In this document: positions 1 through 12,897 of the stretch, one piece after another
Numbering within the stretch: the first letter of the stretch is position 1
Layout of the letters: every line of letters begins with the position of its first letter
From: Octopus vulgaris
Lineage: Eukaryota
Reading direction: 5' to 3'
Assembly: GCA_951406725.2 (NCBI GenBank)
Contig: OX597822.1
Span: 54,312,001-54,376,000 of the forward strand
DNA length: 64,000 nt
Notes under the pieces: model-generated
What the model saw: only the letters and a program-made list of their open reading frames with translations
Database searches by the model: none
Told to the model about the DNA's origin: nothing
Program-made: the position numbers and the translations under genes

Positions 1-389
1 CCTGGAGGGTCTTGTCCCAAACTTTGGCATTCAAAGTTACTCCAACCGCAGAACGGGCGCCGCTGCTGGTGCCAAGGATTCCAACATCACCATCAAAATA
101 CAGGTCCAGATACTGCAACAGCTTGGGTTTCAGAGGACCACAGCTTTTCAACATCCTCCCTAAATGCCTGAGAGACTACATGGTGTGGATGTGGGTTTCT
201 TTAAAACTAAACTGGATCTCTTCTTGTTGGGAGTCCCAGATGAACCTACCTACAGGAGACACGGATGCGGGCAGCAGCATCGAACTCCCTTGTTGATCAA
301 GTGCCACGTATCAGAGGTGGATTCACAAACTATATTCAGCGGTGGTGCCCCAGCATGGCCGCGGCCTTCGGGCTAAAACATTTTTAAGG

Positions 390-394
<5 letters not shown>
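1..394 (+). mobile_element. 3' end of a CR1/L2-group LINE
   Basis: SLGFRGPQLFNILPKCLR / FKTKLDLFLLGVPDEP C-terminal ORF2 motifs, frameshifted. Confidence 0.65.
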
Positions 395-463
<69 letters not shown>

Positions 464-701
464 ATATATAAACAGCTAGCGGTAGTCATACTTATTGACG
501 ATTGAATTTTTTCCTTTTATGATATCACATTGCGCCCAGCTGTTTTTCGTTTTTCTTGTTTCAGCTCAGAGCTGCGGCCATGCTGATGCACCGCCGTTGT
601 TATATTAATTTTTTATACACTCATTAGCATTCCTCTAAATTATCCATAAATTTACATATATGCTGACAGGCGGAATTAGCCGAAAATGTGCCGTTCGAGC
701 G

Positions 702-755
702 ATCCCACCGAAGATGTCTACGGAATAGACGAGACTAGACGTCCAGTCTGAGGAT
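702..755 (+). ncRNA. Degenerate hammerhead
   Basis: ATCCCA-CCGAAGA-t-GTCTA(cggaa)TAGAC-GAGAC-tagacgtcca-GTC-TGAGGAT; core has CCGA and GAGA substitutions. Confidence 0.45.
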
Positions 756-887
756 TTTCGGGTCGGCATGAGGCAGTTGCCTCCCGTCATCATGTATGCA
801 TGTGGACTTTTCCTACAGTATTAAGAGTATTTCAACTCTTATATGTAGCAATGTAGGTGCGTCTGCCCTATTAGTCACACTTAGTGA

Positions 888-1280
888 TTGTGGTAAGTAG
901 CTTGCTTATGAACCACATGATTCCGGGTTCAGTCCCACTGCGTGGCACTTTGGGCATGTGTCTTCTGCTATAGCCTCGGGCCGACCAAAGCCTTGTGAGT
1001 GGATTTGGTACACGGAAACTGAAAGAAGCCCGTCGCATATATGTATATATATACATGTATGTGTGTGTATATGTTTGTGTCTGTGTTTGTCCCCCCCCCC
1101 CCAACATCGCTTGACAACCGATGCTGGTGTGTTTACGTGCCCGTAACTTAGCGGTTCGGCAAAAGAGACCGATAGAATAAGTACTAGGCTTACAAAAAAT
1201 AAGTCCCGGGGTCGATTTACTCGACTAAAGGCAGTGCTCCAGCATGGCCACAGTCAAATGGCTGAAACAAGTAAGAGAAA
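888..1280 (+). mobile_element. Abundant tRNA-derived SINE, family A
   Basis: TGTGGTAAGTAGCTTGCTT..GGTTCAGTCCCACTGCGTGGCAC..GACTGAAACAAGTAA consensus, many copies in the window. Confidence 0.85.
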
Positions 1281-1404
1281 AGATATATATATATATATAT
1301 ATATATAGAAAATACATGAAGAGAAAGTTGTCTCACTTTGTTGTCCATTGTGTAATGCCGAAGCTATGCGTAGAAGTACTATTAAAATCGTTCATCTCTC
1401 TCTC

Positions 1405-1815
1405 TCTCTTTTACTCTTTTACTTGTTTCAGTCATTTGACTGCGGCCATGCTGGAGCACCGCCTTTAGTCGAGCAAATCGACCCCGGGACTTATTCTTTG
1501 TAAGCCTAGTACTTATTCTATCGGTCTCTTTTGCCGAACCGCTAAGTGACGGGGACGTAAACACACCAGCATCGGTTGTCAAGCAATGCTAGGGGGACAA
1601 ACACAGACACACAAACATACACGCAAATACATATATATATATACATATATACGACAGGCTTCTTTGAGTTTCCGTCTACCAAATCCACTCACAAGGCATT
1701 GGTCGGCCCGAGGCTATAGCAGAAGACACTCGCCCAAGGTGACACGCAGTGGGACTGAACCCGGAACTATGTGGTTGGTAAGCAAGCACTTTCTACACAG
1801 CCACTCCTGCGCCTA
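1405..1815 (-). mobile_element. SINE family A
   Basis: Reverse complement of the 888-1280 consensus. Confidence 0.85.
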
Positions 1816-2517
1816 TCTACTAAAGTATTGTTAAGAGAGGTTAGCATTGGAAATTAATTCAGTGAGATTTTAGTGTACATGCAAAAAAATTATCCCAACC
1901 TTTCTCTTCTGCACTTTGTTAAATGAATAATTTTTAAAAGAACGAAAATTTCAAGGCCATACCAGCAAATTCACCACTGATAATTATTTTTTTGCAAATT
2001 ATGCTGTTATCTCTGGAAAATTTATCTTATTAAAAGTCTTCATTTAACAAATTCCAGAAGGTAAAGAGTGGAAGAGTTCTCAAAAGTAATTTTTTGTAAC
2101 AATTGTAATCTGCACCATCAGAATGTCTGAAGAAACAAAGTCGAGATACATGAAATTTTAGACCCCTATCCCTATTTTCTTTTCTAAGAGAATTGTAATG
2201 CAAACCACCCAAGAATTATTTGTAGAAAAGTTCATTAAAAAATACCCATTTTTCTGAACGTTATGAAGAAGCAAATTTATTTGTAGAAAATTTCATTAAA
2301 ATATACCCATTTTTCAGAATGTTATGAAGAAACGAAGTCAATGCATATGGATTATCCGAAACTCCTTTGATCCCCACTTTCGATAAAAAATTATCAAAAC
2401 AAATTCCATTGTAATCGTATGAGGAAAATAAAGTCGGGTGGGAGGCGGACACTTGTGTAGTCCGTGCAAACAAGAATCATTTAAATTTGAATACCTCAGC
2501 TGTGTTATAAATCTCTC

Positions 2518-2627
2518 TTAATCTCTGATCTCAAATTTGTTGATGTTATTCTCTGTGGTTCCAAGGGTCCATATACTTTCCATAGAAGTTGGGTAGCTTG
2601 TGATATGGTCGGTTACGATGTTCTGAC
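2518..2627 (-). CDS. Putative terminal coding exon 7 of the aquaglyceroporin (cytoplasmic tail)
   Basis: cttgtag acceptor, then a phase-1-compatible open frame (G)QNIVTDHITSYPTSMESIWTLGTTENNINKFEIRD* in non-repetitive sequence. Gives a 912-nt CDS. No family motif supports it. Confidence 0.45.
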
Positions 2628-2672
2628 CTACAAGTATAACAAGACATTACGAGCTGAAGGAGAAGACTCTTA

Positions 2673-3242
2673 GCCAGTGATTTTCAACTAGGGTCCGGAT
2701 GACACTTGGAGATCCATATAAGATTTTGGTGGTAAAATTGTATGTGCAATAAATTGGTTATACTTCAACAACGCACAAAATATTTTAACTATTTTTTATA
2801 CAGTTCCTAATAATATCTAACTATAAAAACATAAAAGGATTTTTAAAAAATCATCGAATGGTTATGGGGTCCATCTGAGTAAAATAGTAATCAAAGGGGT
2901 CCATTTTTTTTATTTTTTGTTTTTGGTCCTTCACGAGCCATGCCTGGCTCATAAGGGCCGGTTTCCCGGTTTCCTTGGCGTATAGGTTCCCCACCTGGAC
3001 AGGACGCCGGTCCGTCGCAGGTGAGCTGTAAGATGCAGGAGGAAAGAGTGAGAGAAAGTTGTGGCGAAAGAGTCAGCAGAAGTTCGCCATTACCTTCTGC
3101 CGGAGCCGCTCATAAACACACACATAGCCCGGTCTGAGATTTGAACCCGCGATCCTTCGACCCCGTGTCCGCTGCTCTAACCACTAGGCCATGTGCCTCC
3201 ACAAAGGGATCCATTGGTAAAAAAATGGTTGCGAATTGCTTC
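2673..3242. mobile_element. hAT-like MITE interrupted by a SINE
   Basis: CAGTGATTTTCAAC... / ...GGTTGCGAATTGCT termini with internal GGGTCC repeats; SINE insert flanked by the duplication CAAAGGG(G/A)TCCA. Confidence 0.5.
2904..3201 (-). mobile_element. tRNA-derived SINE with poly(A) tail and TSD
   Basis: Reverse-complement head GGAGGCACATGGCCTAGTGGTTAGAGCAGCGG..GGTTCAAATC (A/B boxes); T-rich tail on the plus strand at ~2904-2925. Confidence 0.75.
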
Positions 3243-3325
3243 TCTAAGCGATCACTAGACTTCTAGATATAGCTGCGAAATCCTGCCTAGATCACACATC
3301 TGAAAACACTCACACACACGCACAT

Positions 3326-3380
<55 letters not shown>

Positions 3381-4768
3381 CACACAAACACCTGCATTAC
3401 ACAATGTCCTAGACTAATAATGAGCAAGTTGCGGTCAGCGAGACTTTTTGAATGGCACACCAACGGAAAGTTATTTTGAATTGTTTCCGCCAAATGGGTC
3501 ATGTCCCATGCAGCCTACTTCTCGGAAAGATTTGCTGCCCACGCGTGTCCTAGACATACAAAATGCAGATGGTCACCTGTGAAACAGCTGCAATCATAGA
3601 TAGTATTATTGTTTAGAGTTGAACGTCGAGTAAACTAGAGATAGGCTAAGAGGGTCAATATGGACATCTGGGAATCTTTGTGGCTATCTACAAGTGGTCG
3701 ATAAACACCTGAATGATCTTTTGCATTAAGGGCGCTGAATTATTAATGAACCGTGAGGCGGTCGACGATATAAGAAATTTATCAATCCCTTGAGTAAATA
3801 GAAACGAAGACAGTGACACGAATAATAATACGTTACTTTGATCAGCCATGTTGTGAGTGGTCGTTTGACAGAAATTATCGGCTACCAAGGTTAAATATCA
3901 CAATCTCTGTAGTTCCGTTCTTTGAATGAAAATCAAACGACGATTTAATTTAGTATCAAATCTTAAATGGCCAATGAATAAAATGAGAACCAGTAATTTA
4001 TTGGGGGAGTTGATTTTATCTTATTTTAATTTGTGACTTTTGTGGCAATGAAAGAAATCATTATTTAGCAATGCTCCGTCTCTCAATTATACACTCCTCC
4101 TCCTCCTCCTCCTCCTCCTCCTCCTCCTCCTCCTCCTCCTCCTCCTCCTCCTCCTCCTCTCTGTTTGCAGTAGCTAACTGATCTCTTTTATAACTAGGTA
4201 AACTAAGAGTTAAGTGTATACGAAAGGGAAAAATTTAGTGAAAAGGCAAAAAAATTTCTCAATTTGAAAATCATCATCATCATCATATTCCTTTTCACAT
4301 TTACTTTTCCATACTTTCGTTTGTCAGACGAAACAGCAGAAAAACTAAAATATAAATCCACAACATATAAAGGGAAAACGCTCAACAAAATTATTTGTCA
4401 AAGATCCCACGTCCAGTTTGCAGCAGTTTCAATGCGGAAGATCAATCTCTGTAAAAGACACCCGTACAAAAGCTCATGTTAAGGGCCACTTAAGTTCTGT
4501 ATGGGCAACAACTGATGAATTCAGAGATGTAGACAGGCTATACTGCTCATGCAAAGATGGTGGTTGTGGTCTTAAATCTGTAGTGTTGTCTTATGAAACA
4601 CGTATTCTGGTACTGAAACAATATCTACAGCAGGGGAAAGAGATCAAATGTGTGACTATGAAATCAACAACATAATTAGGATAACGAACTTCAGGAGAGG
4701 TATGAAATATGAATTGATACAGAGCTCTCCCAACAAGCATTGGTAAAATCTATCAGAGAAACAAACTA

Positions 4769-5334
4769 TTGGGTTGTCCGGAAAGTTCGTGCCGATTTAT
4801 AGTAGCTTACATTTCAACTTATTTTAGAACATGGTTGAGTCCATAAAATAGGATTTGACTACACCTTCATTTAGAGAACAGTTTAAGCCATATTTTCGTG
4901 GAAGAAGGTTTATGTTCCGATAACCTGTGTTAATTCTGTAACCCTTTAAAATGGAAGATAAGAAAGTTCATTATCGGCACTTGATGCTTTGGGAACCAGA
5001 CAAAAATTGCTGAAGTTCGGCTGGGATGTGTTACCCCACCCTCCATATTCACCAGATATTGCTCCTTCAGATTTCCACTTATTCAGGTCTCTGTAGAATA
5101 GTCTTAATGGTAAAAATTTCAATTCCTTGGATGACGTAAAAAGATACCTTGATGAATTCTTTGCCATGAAACCACCTCGATTCTGGGAAGAGGGTATTTT
5201 CAAGTTAAAGGAAAGATGGAGACGCATTGTGCAACAAAATAGTTTATATGTGGTTGATTAAAAATGTAGTGGCAAGTATTTATTGACTTTTTTCTTTCCA
5301 TTAAAAATCGGCACGAACTTTCCGGACAACCCAA
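4769..5334 (+). mobile_element. Internally deleted mariner transposon
   Basis: Perfect TIRs TTGGGTTGTCCGGAAAGTTCGTGCCGATTT with TA target duplication; C-terminal transposase remnant GWDVLPHPPYSPDIAPSDFHLF. Confidence 0.9.
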
Positions 5335-5465
5335 TATAAAGAATGAATCAATTCACTGGTACTTGATATGAAAAACACAGGCAGAATCGTTAGTACGCCG
5401 GGCGAAATGCTTACTGGTATTTTGTCTGTCTTCATGTTCTGAGTTCAAATTATTATTATTATTGT

Positions 5466-5887
5466 AGGCACAGGAGTGGCTGTGTGGTAAGTAGCTTGCT
5501 TACCAACCACATGGTTCCGGGTTCATCCGACTGCGTGTCACCTTGGACAAGTGTCCTTTAATATAGCCTCGGGCCGACCAAAGCCTTGTGAGTGGATTTG
5601 GTAGACGGAAACTGAAAGAAGCCCGTCGTATATATGTATATATATGTGTGTGTGTGTGTGTGTGTATTTTGTGTGTCTGCGTTTGCTCCCCTAGCATTGC
5701 TTGACAACCGATGCTGGTGTGTTTATGTCCCCGTAACTTAGCGGTTCGGCAAAAGAGACCGATAGAATAAGTACTAGGCTTACAAAAAATAAGTCCCGGG
5801 GTCGATTTGCTCGACTAAAGGCGGTGCTCCAGCATGGCCGCAGTCAAGTGACTGAAACAAGTAAAAGAGTAAAAGAGAGTAAAGAGT
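5466..5887 (+). mobile_element. SINE family A
   Basis: Full length, GGCACAGGAGTGGCTGTGTGG to a (GTAAAAGA)n tail. Confidence 0.85.
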
Positions 5888-6686
5888 ATAGAAGGGATTG
5901 ATCATGTTAAAATCATGGCATACCGACAAGTTTATGGAATCCCACTTCGAAGATTACCTCCATGCAATTCAAGAACAAAAGATCTCACCAAATACCTACA
6001 GTCTAAAAAGAAGAAAACGTTGATAGACAACTGATACCCGCTGTACAAGACCAATACTTAAGACATCAACCACATTATTGCCAACTGCAAGAGAATGTCT
6101 TCCAGATATTCCCTTCCCATGGGACATGATGTAGTGGCCAGAACAATCTGGAACAAGAAAATAAAAAGATAAAACACCTACAGACGAAGTTGACTATATT
6201 GAGACCGATGGATCAAAAGAATATTGGTGGAACTTAAAAACTGAAACAGCTACCAAATTAAAACACAACCGGACAGATGTTATTGTGTGGGTTCACAATG
6301 AAAAAATATGTTCTGTTGTGGAAATCAGCTGTGCTCTGGACACAAATGTGGTTAGAAAAATACAAGAGAAAGAGGACATCTATGGACCATTAATAAAGAG
6401 TTGGCAAATCCAGTACGCAAGATACACTTTCAGCTTTGTAACTATTGTTATTGGAGAAACAGGACTCGTACCAACCTGCTTGTAGTAAAGTAAGGCCGAA
6501 CTTGGTTGGGTTCTTGAGGAGAGAATGCAAATCCTTAACATTGCAAATGATCGCGATATCTGAGACCATAATAATCTGCAACACCTGAAGATTTAAAGGT
6601 TGATGAACAAAACAAGCTTTCCTTCACAACTTCGCTACCAAGCCGGTGGTTGGTCAAAGCTTAATCTAAATAAGAAAAAGAAAGAA

Positions 6687-6753
<67 letters not shown>

Positions 6754-6950
6754 CATACACGCACACATGCGTACACACATTGGACTTGTTCAGTGTTTGT
6801 CTAGAAAATCCACTCACACGGCCTTGATTTTGGCCTGGGACTTTAGGTGAAGACTGCATACGAAAGGTCAAGTGGGTAGATATACAGAATTATTTAAAAA
6901 TATTTCAAAATAACAAAATAAATACAATATTTTCTCACCTTCATATTTAC

Positions 6951-7090
6951 CTGTAGACGACAAAAAATCCGAAAACGTATCCATTTCAGACCAGTGGTGA
7001 GCAACGAAGGCATGGTAAAATAACCACCCCAAGAAACTTCCTAACAAGGGCCCAACAATCGGCACCCAAAACCAATTGAGGTTCCTAAAA
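6951..7090 (-). CDS. Aquaglyceroporin exon 6 (TM6)
   Basis: tttcag|(T)FRNLNWFWVPIVGPLLGSFLGWLFYHAFVAHHWSEMDTFSDFLSST-G; WFWVPIVGP motif. Candidate donors are ACAG|GTAAAT (exon end 6951) and GAAG|GTGAGA (exon end 6939); read-through stops at 6868. Confidence 0.9.
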
Positions 7091-7461
7091 CTGAAAAATA
7101 ACAATTAAAAAAAGATTATTACAGCTAAGTTATATATATAACTACGCACGTACACACACACACACATACGTACACACACACACACATGCATACACACTCA
7201 CACACACACATATACACACACACACATACACACACACACTTCCACATGGGCTCCATTGACTGTACACAATACATCATGACGATACAATACAAAAATTGTG
7301 GACGTTGTAAAATTAATTTACGAACAACCTGCATATAAAAGTTATATGTGTGTGTGTGTGTGTATGTATGTGTGCGTATATGTGTGTGTGTTTGTGTGGG
7401 TGTATTTATATGTATGTACGTATGTGCATATACATATATATTATATGTATATATATATATG

Positions 7462-7532
<71 letters not shown>

Positions 7533-7677
7533 ATATTTCGGAATGGTCATATTGCCAGTTTAGCCAATAAAAACACACGCACTATATATTTGGTGTTATT
7601 TTGCTTCAGTGTTATTTATTTTTTACATTAATCTTAATCTTATTTCGGCCAGAGTTCTTTTGTCACACTCCTGTGAT

Positions 7678-7725
<48 letters not shown>

Positions 7726-7730
7726 TTGTA

Positions 7731-8945
7731 AGGGAGGAAGTCGAAACAAGACTTATCTCCTCAGTGTATCTCTCTCTATATAAACGGCAGTTTGTCTGTC
7801 TGTGTGTCTGTGTGTCTGTCAGGTTGTACCCTCACCCTGACCACGGCTTTCAACCGATTCTGATGAAACTAAACACCCACATAGCCCAATATCATAATTC
7901 AAAATTAATGCAGCGAAAATTTTGAAAAGTTCCCCAAGTTTTGAAAATAATCGATAAATTCGACATGGGGTCGAGAATCTCAGCTTTTTATATGCAACAC
8001 ATTTTCTGTTGTAGTTTTCGCAACTTGCAATCGATTTTCACCAAACTCATGGTGAAGCTTAATGTTACCCTAAGAAACTTAATTCTGACGTTAGTTTTCC
8101 ATGCAATACCTTACCATCAGAAAAAATCGATAAAATCATGCCATTTTGGGAAATCGCGTTTTCGCCCAAAGGAACAGCTAGGAACATCGTATACACAGAA
8201 GACATTGCAACCTACACATGCGCCTTCGTTCCCTAGAGGGAAAGGACTAGATTGGGATTAGTCGTTGCCTACTAGGGGCTCTTACATACCCGGGCAACGC
8301 CGGGCTATGCTGCTTGTACTGAATAAATGTCCAGACATTACGAAGCTACTGAAAAAACTCCATAAATACATGCGATTGAAGGCATGCTAGAGAGAAGATA
8401 TTTAAAAAGACTCCACACTAATTATGAATTAGCTAATTTCAAGATTAAAATCTTAAACAGATTTTCTTCTATCGCCTGACTACCTGATAATTATCATTAA
8501 CGTGATTTTCATTCTTATTTTATGAATATAAATAAATAAATGAATATTAGCATAATATTTTTATTCCTCATAAAAAAAACCCCCATATTTTCTGCGGTCC
8601 TATTTTTGATATAAATACATGTGGTTGTCGTGAGATGATTTTAACCTGACTTTTTCGAATCTATATTTGCAAGTGTTTGTGCACAGACAGGCAAACTCGC
8701 TTTTTTATGGGTATATACTAACACCTGTTCGTATATTTTTTTTTACATATATTGTGCTGACAATAGAAGAAAACCTATCTAAGATTTTAATCTTGAAATT
8801 AGCTAATTCACAATTAATGTGGAGTCTTTTTAAATATCTTCTCACTAGCCCGGCTTCAATCGCATGTGTTTATGGAATTTTTTAGGTAGCTTCGTAATGT
8901 TTGGACATTAAATCCGTATGGAGGAGATATGTCTTGTTTCGACTT

Positions 8946-8953
<8 letters not shown>
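7731..8953. mobile_element. Long-TIR fold-back element, left arm interrupted by a Helitron
   Basis: 8327-8472 is the inverse of 8763-8909, and 7731-7765 is the inverse of 8918-8953. Confidence 0.65.
7769..8316 (+). mobile_element. Non-autonomous Helitron
   Basis: 5' TCTCTCTCTATATAAACGGCAG; 3' hairpin CCCGGGCAACGCCGGG followed by CTTG (CTAG variant); homologous to 38012-38393. Confidence 0.7.
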
Positions 8954-9029
<76 letters not shown>

Positions 9030-9031
<2 letters not shown>

Positions 9032-9305
9032 AACAGACAGAAAAATTGACTCAAATGGACCAGACATTGCGATCAAGGACTGCAACAAAGGAACTTGTCT
9101 CTTAATAGATATGTTTGTCCCACAAAATCAAAATGTCGCAAGGAAGGAATACAAAAGCTTTCTCACTATAAAGATCTACAAATTGAAGGTTGCAATTGCA
9201 ACGGTTACTAGCCGATGCAGTAGAAACATGTGTCGCTCTATTTGAGACTGTATTTACATATAAAAATGAATTAAAGGTAACGCTAATGCTACTTCATAAT
9301 AATCC

Positions 9306-9397
<92 letters not shown>

Positions 9398-9457
9398 TAG
9401 TTTTATTTTTATAGCGTGCTTTCACTTCACTACCGAGCGCAGTTCTGTGTGCCTTGG

Positions 9458-9522
<65 letters not shown>

Positions 9523-9910
9523 TATGGTTTCCTTTCATAGTACCGGGCATCATCCGGAGGCTAAGAGTAGCAAGGGCACTTCTGCTTTACTATGCATGCT
9601 AACATTATTACCACCTTTATTCTATTTTAGATGGCGAGTGCTTTCTTTAGTATATGAGCTGTACCCATTAAGGTTATCTTTTGTAGTTCACGGAGAGTGG
9701 AGTTACCAAGGAGTTGCTTAATATACTTCTCAGCTCCCTTCTTTATCATCCCCAATGCACCAATTACTACTGGTATTATCGTAGTACTAAGCTTCTACAT
9801 TTTTGTGATTTCAATTTGTAGATCTTTATAGTGAGAAAGCTTTTTGTATTCCTTCTTTGGGACATTTTGATTTTGTGGGACAAACATATCTATTAAGAGA
9901 CAAGTTCCTC
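9030..9910. mobile_element. Rearranged Dong/R4-like endonuclease fragments around (TTA)n
   Basis: PDIAIKD..CLLIDM.VP on plus (9030-9190); inverted copy on minus (9690-9910); 3'-end fragment at 9392-9460. Confidence 0.65.
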
Positions 9911-9926
9911 ATTTTTATGGTATGAG

Positions 9927-9985
<59 letters not shown>

Positions 9986-10122
9986 ACGTAGCTGTGGGGC
10001 AAGAATTTGCCTCCTAACTACACGGTTCCAGGTTCAGTCACACTGCGTGGCACCTTCGGCAAGTATCTTCCACTATAGTCTCAGATTGACTAAAGTTTTG
10101 TGAGTGGATTTGAAAGCCCGTC

Positions 10123-10174
<52 letters not shown>

Positions 10175-10769
10175 ATAATTGAAAAGACACGTGTGTGAAT
10201 TAACACGTATCTGTACGTATAGGCCGATACTTAATGGTCAGCTAAGGACAACGCATGAGCAACCAACCATAAAGAACAAATCAACATTACAAAGAAATCA
10301 AATGCCAATCACTTTAAGAGTAGCAGAATCACCATCCCACTACATCTACACATTGAAAGCAGTTTCCCAACGGCCCTTCAGCAACAACACAGCCTGATAA
10401 GCTCAGTGACAACTTCTAAATTCAGGTCACGACAGAGATGTTCTTGAAGCCGAGGATTGTGAACTTACGGAGACAATAATTACATATCGCCTGACGAAAC
10501 ACGACCAGATCTCATAATGCAGGGAAATAGTTGCACAATCAAGTACCTGCGCGCCCGGAGAACTACAATTATAGCGATTAAAAAATAAATCTCCAACCCT
10601 ACTCCTTCTTGTTGACTCCAATTTTTTCAATTATCTATTCACATACGACAGATGCCCAAACGCAAACCAAGAAGTACGTATAATACTACTGCTGGATAGC
10701 ACAGGGTAAATCTGATGGTGGAGAGCTTTATACTGTATCTACTACTTTCTTAACAGAATATACCATACC

Positions 10770-11985
10770 ATATATATATATATCCACACACTCGCATGCA
10801 TCCCTACCCACATACATACACGCACACCTACTCACACACACACATACACACACACATACCCGCACACACACACACATACATACATACACACACATACCCA
10901 CTTCAGACATACACACACACAGACATACACCCATACACCCACACTCACACGCATACACACACACACATACACACGCACACGTACACACACACACACACAC
11001 ACACACCACATACATACATTACACTTGTATACACACACACATTCATACACACACACACCTACACAGCCATACCCTCACTCAGACACACATCTACCTACAC
11101 ACACACAAACACACACTGACACACACCCATACATACATACATCTACACACTCACGCCTACACACATACATACACACATACATAAACACACACACATACAC
11201 ATACACACACACGCATATACTTATACACATGCACACACACACACATACATACACCCATATACATACACACACGCATACCTACATACTCCTATACGCACAT
11301 ACATACACACAGACATACACACACACACATACACACGCCTACACACCTACATACACACACATATACACACGCCCACACAGCTACATACACACACATACAT
11401 ACACACATACACGGACACACCCATACATACTTACATACATACACCTATACACACACGCCTACACACCTACACACACACATGCACACACACACACATGTAC
11501 GCACATACACACACATATACGCACACACATATATACCCACACACATGCACACACACACACATACGCACATACATGCACGCATGCACACGCGCACACCTAC
11601 ACGCATACACACACACACACGCACGTACACATACATACATACACACACGCATACATACACCCATACACATACATGCATCCTACACACACATACATACACA
11701 CTCACACATACATACACACACACGCACTCACTCACACACCTGTATGTTCGCGCACACACATGCACATACACACACTTCCCCACACCCACACGTACATACA
11801 TACACACTCATACACACATACACACACACACACACACAGACATACATCTATGCACACACATATATACACACATACTCACATACATTCATCGGACACACTG
11901 CCACCCAGACATACACACAGACACACTCACACATCCACACGCACACATACGTACGCGCACACTCGCAGGCTCGCGCACACACGCG
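10770..11985. repeat. Degenerate (CA)n/(CATA)n microsatellite
   Basis: ~1.2 kb of CA/TA dinucleotide variants. Confidence 0.95.
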
Positions 11986-12703
11986 TTTGCGCCGGTTCGC
12001 GCACGCATGCGCCCCGCATGCACCTCGCCCTTGGACCCGACGAGACCTCCCGCCCGTTCCCGGGATGTCGCTTGTCGTTGGGTTTTCCCACGCCCGTCTC
12101 CGCGGGACCACTCTTCCATCTTCCCCTCCGCTGGAGTCCTTTTCCTAACCCCCCCCCCTTTTTTTCGTTACACACACGCGCACACATATACACACATTGC
12201 TTAAACATATACATCACTCTTACACACATTCAATCTACTCGCCACTAATACTACCACGACACTGGACACACACACACACTACTACTCAACACACGCTGGC
12301 ACGCTACATACGCCCCCACCCCTTCCCCTCCCTCCCTTCCTCCTTCCTCCCTTCTCTCACTACTGACCTTTGTCTGCTATGCTGCTGCTATGCTGACCAC
12401 CGTCTCGCCCTACCTCACACGCCTACACACAGACGCACACACTAACACATACATATATTTTTTGTTTTTTTACCTCGCCTCACACACACACATACACACA
12501 CGCACACGCACACACTCACACATACACACACATCTGTTGCGTTACCAACCTTGTCTCCACTCTTTTGCCTTTAAAAACCCACTTTGCTCTTGTTATCGTA
12601 AACATCCGCCTTTCACCATGTGCTACTCCTAACACCTGCCGTTTTTTTCTCTATCTCCGTTGCCCGCTCCGGGATCTTTCTTTCCTCTCTCTTCCTTCTT
12701 TAT

Positions 12704-12738
12704 GTTTCCGACGAAGAGCTCCGCTCGAAACGTCATAC
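12704..12738 (+). ncRNA. Degenerate minimal hammerhead
   Basis: GTTT-CCGACGA-a-GAGC(tcc)GCTC-GAAAC-GTC-ATAC; essentially no helix III and a mismatched helix I. Confidence 0.4.
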
Positions 12739-12824
12739 CTCCCTGCTTCCATTTCCTGAGCGCCTATTAATAATAATACTGTAATTGTTCCCTTGTTGTT
12801 GTTTTTTTGTTTCCCGTTTGGATT

Positions 12825-12883
<59 letters not shown>

Positions 12884-12897
12884 CATATATATAAGTC

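Larger units (their letters stand above)
4380..6600 (+). mobile_element. Decayed Dong/R4-like LINE with mariner and SINE insertions
   Basis: DVDRLY..KDGGCGL, HIIANC..HDVVA, HNRTDVIV..VVEISC..K..EK..IY and IVIGETG (REL domain) remnants. Confidence 0.65.

Noticed and set aside
3120-3201. tRNA-like sequences here and at 12898, 15010 and 16042
   Set aside because: A/B boxes are present but run into repeated SINE bodies; no complete cloverleaf.
10340-10390. Minus-strand CTGAAGG..GAAAC hammerhead-like string
   Set aside because: The core deviates, and I could not form helix I or a valid NUH site.
11025-12248. 407-aa His/Thr-rich ORF and the many YI/CV/HT/poly-L/poly-N/poly-I ORFs
   Set aside because: Translations of (CA)n, (TA)n, (TAA)n and (CATA)n microsatellites that lack stops; no coding signal.
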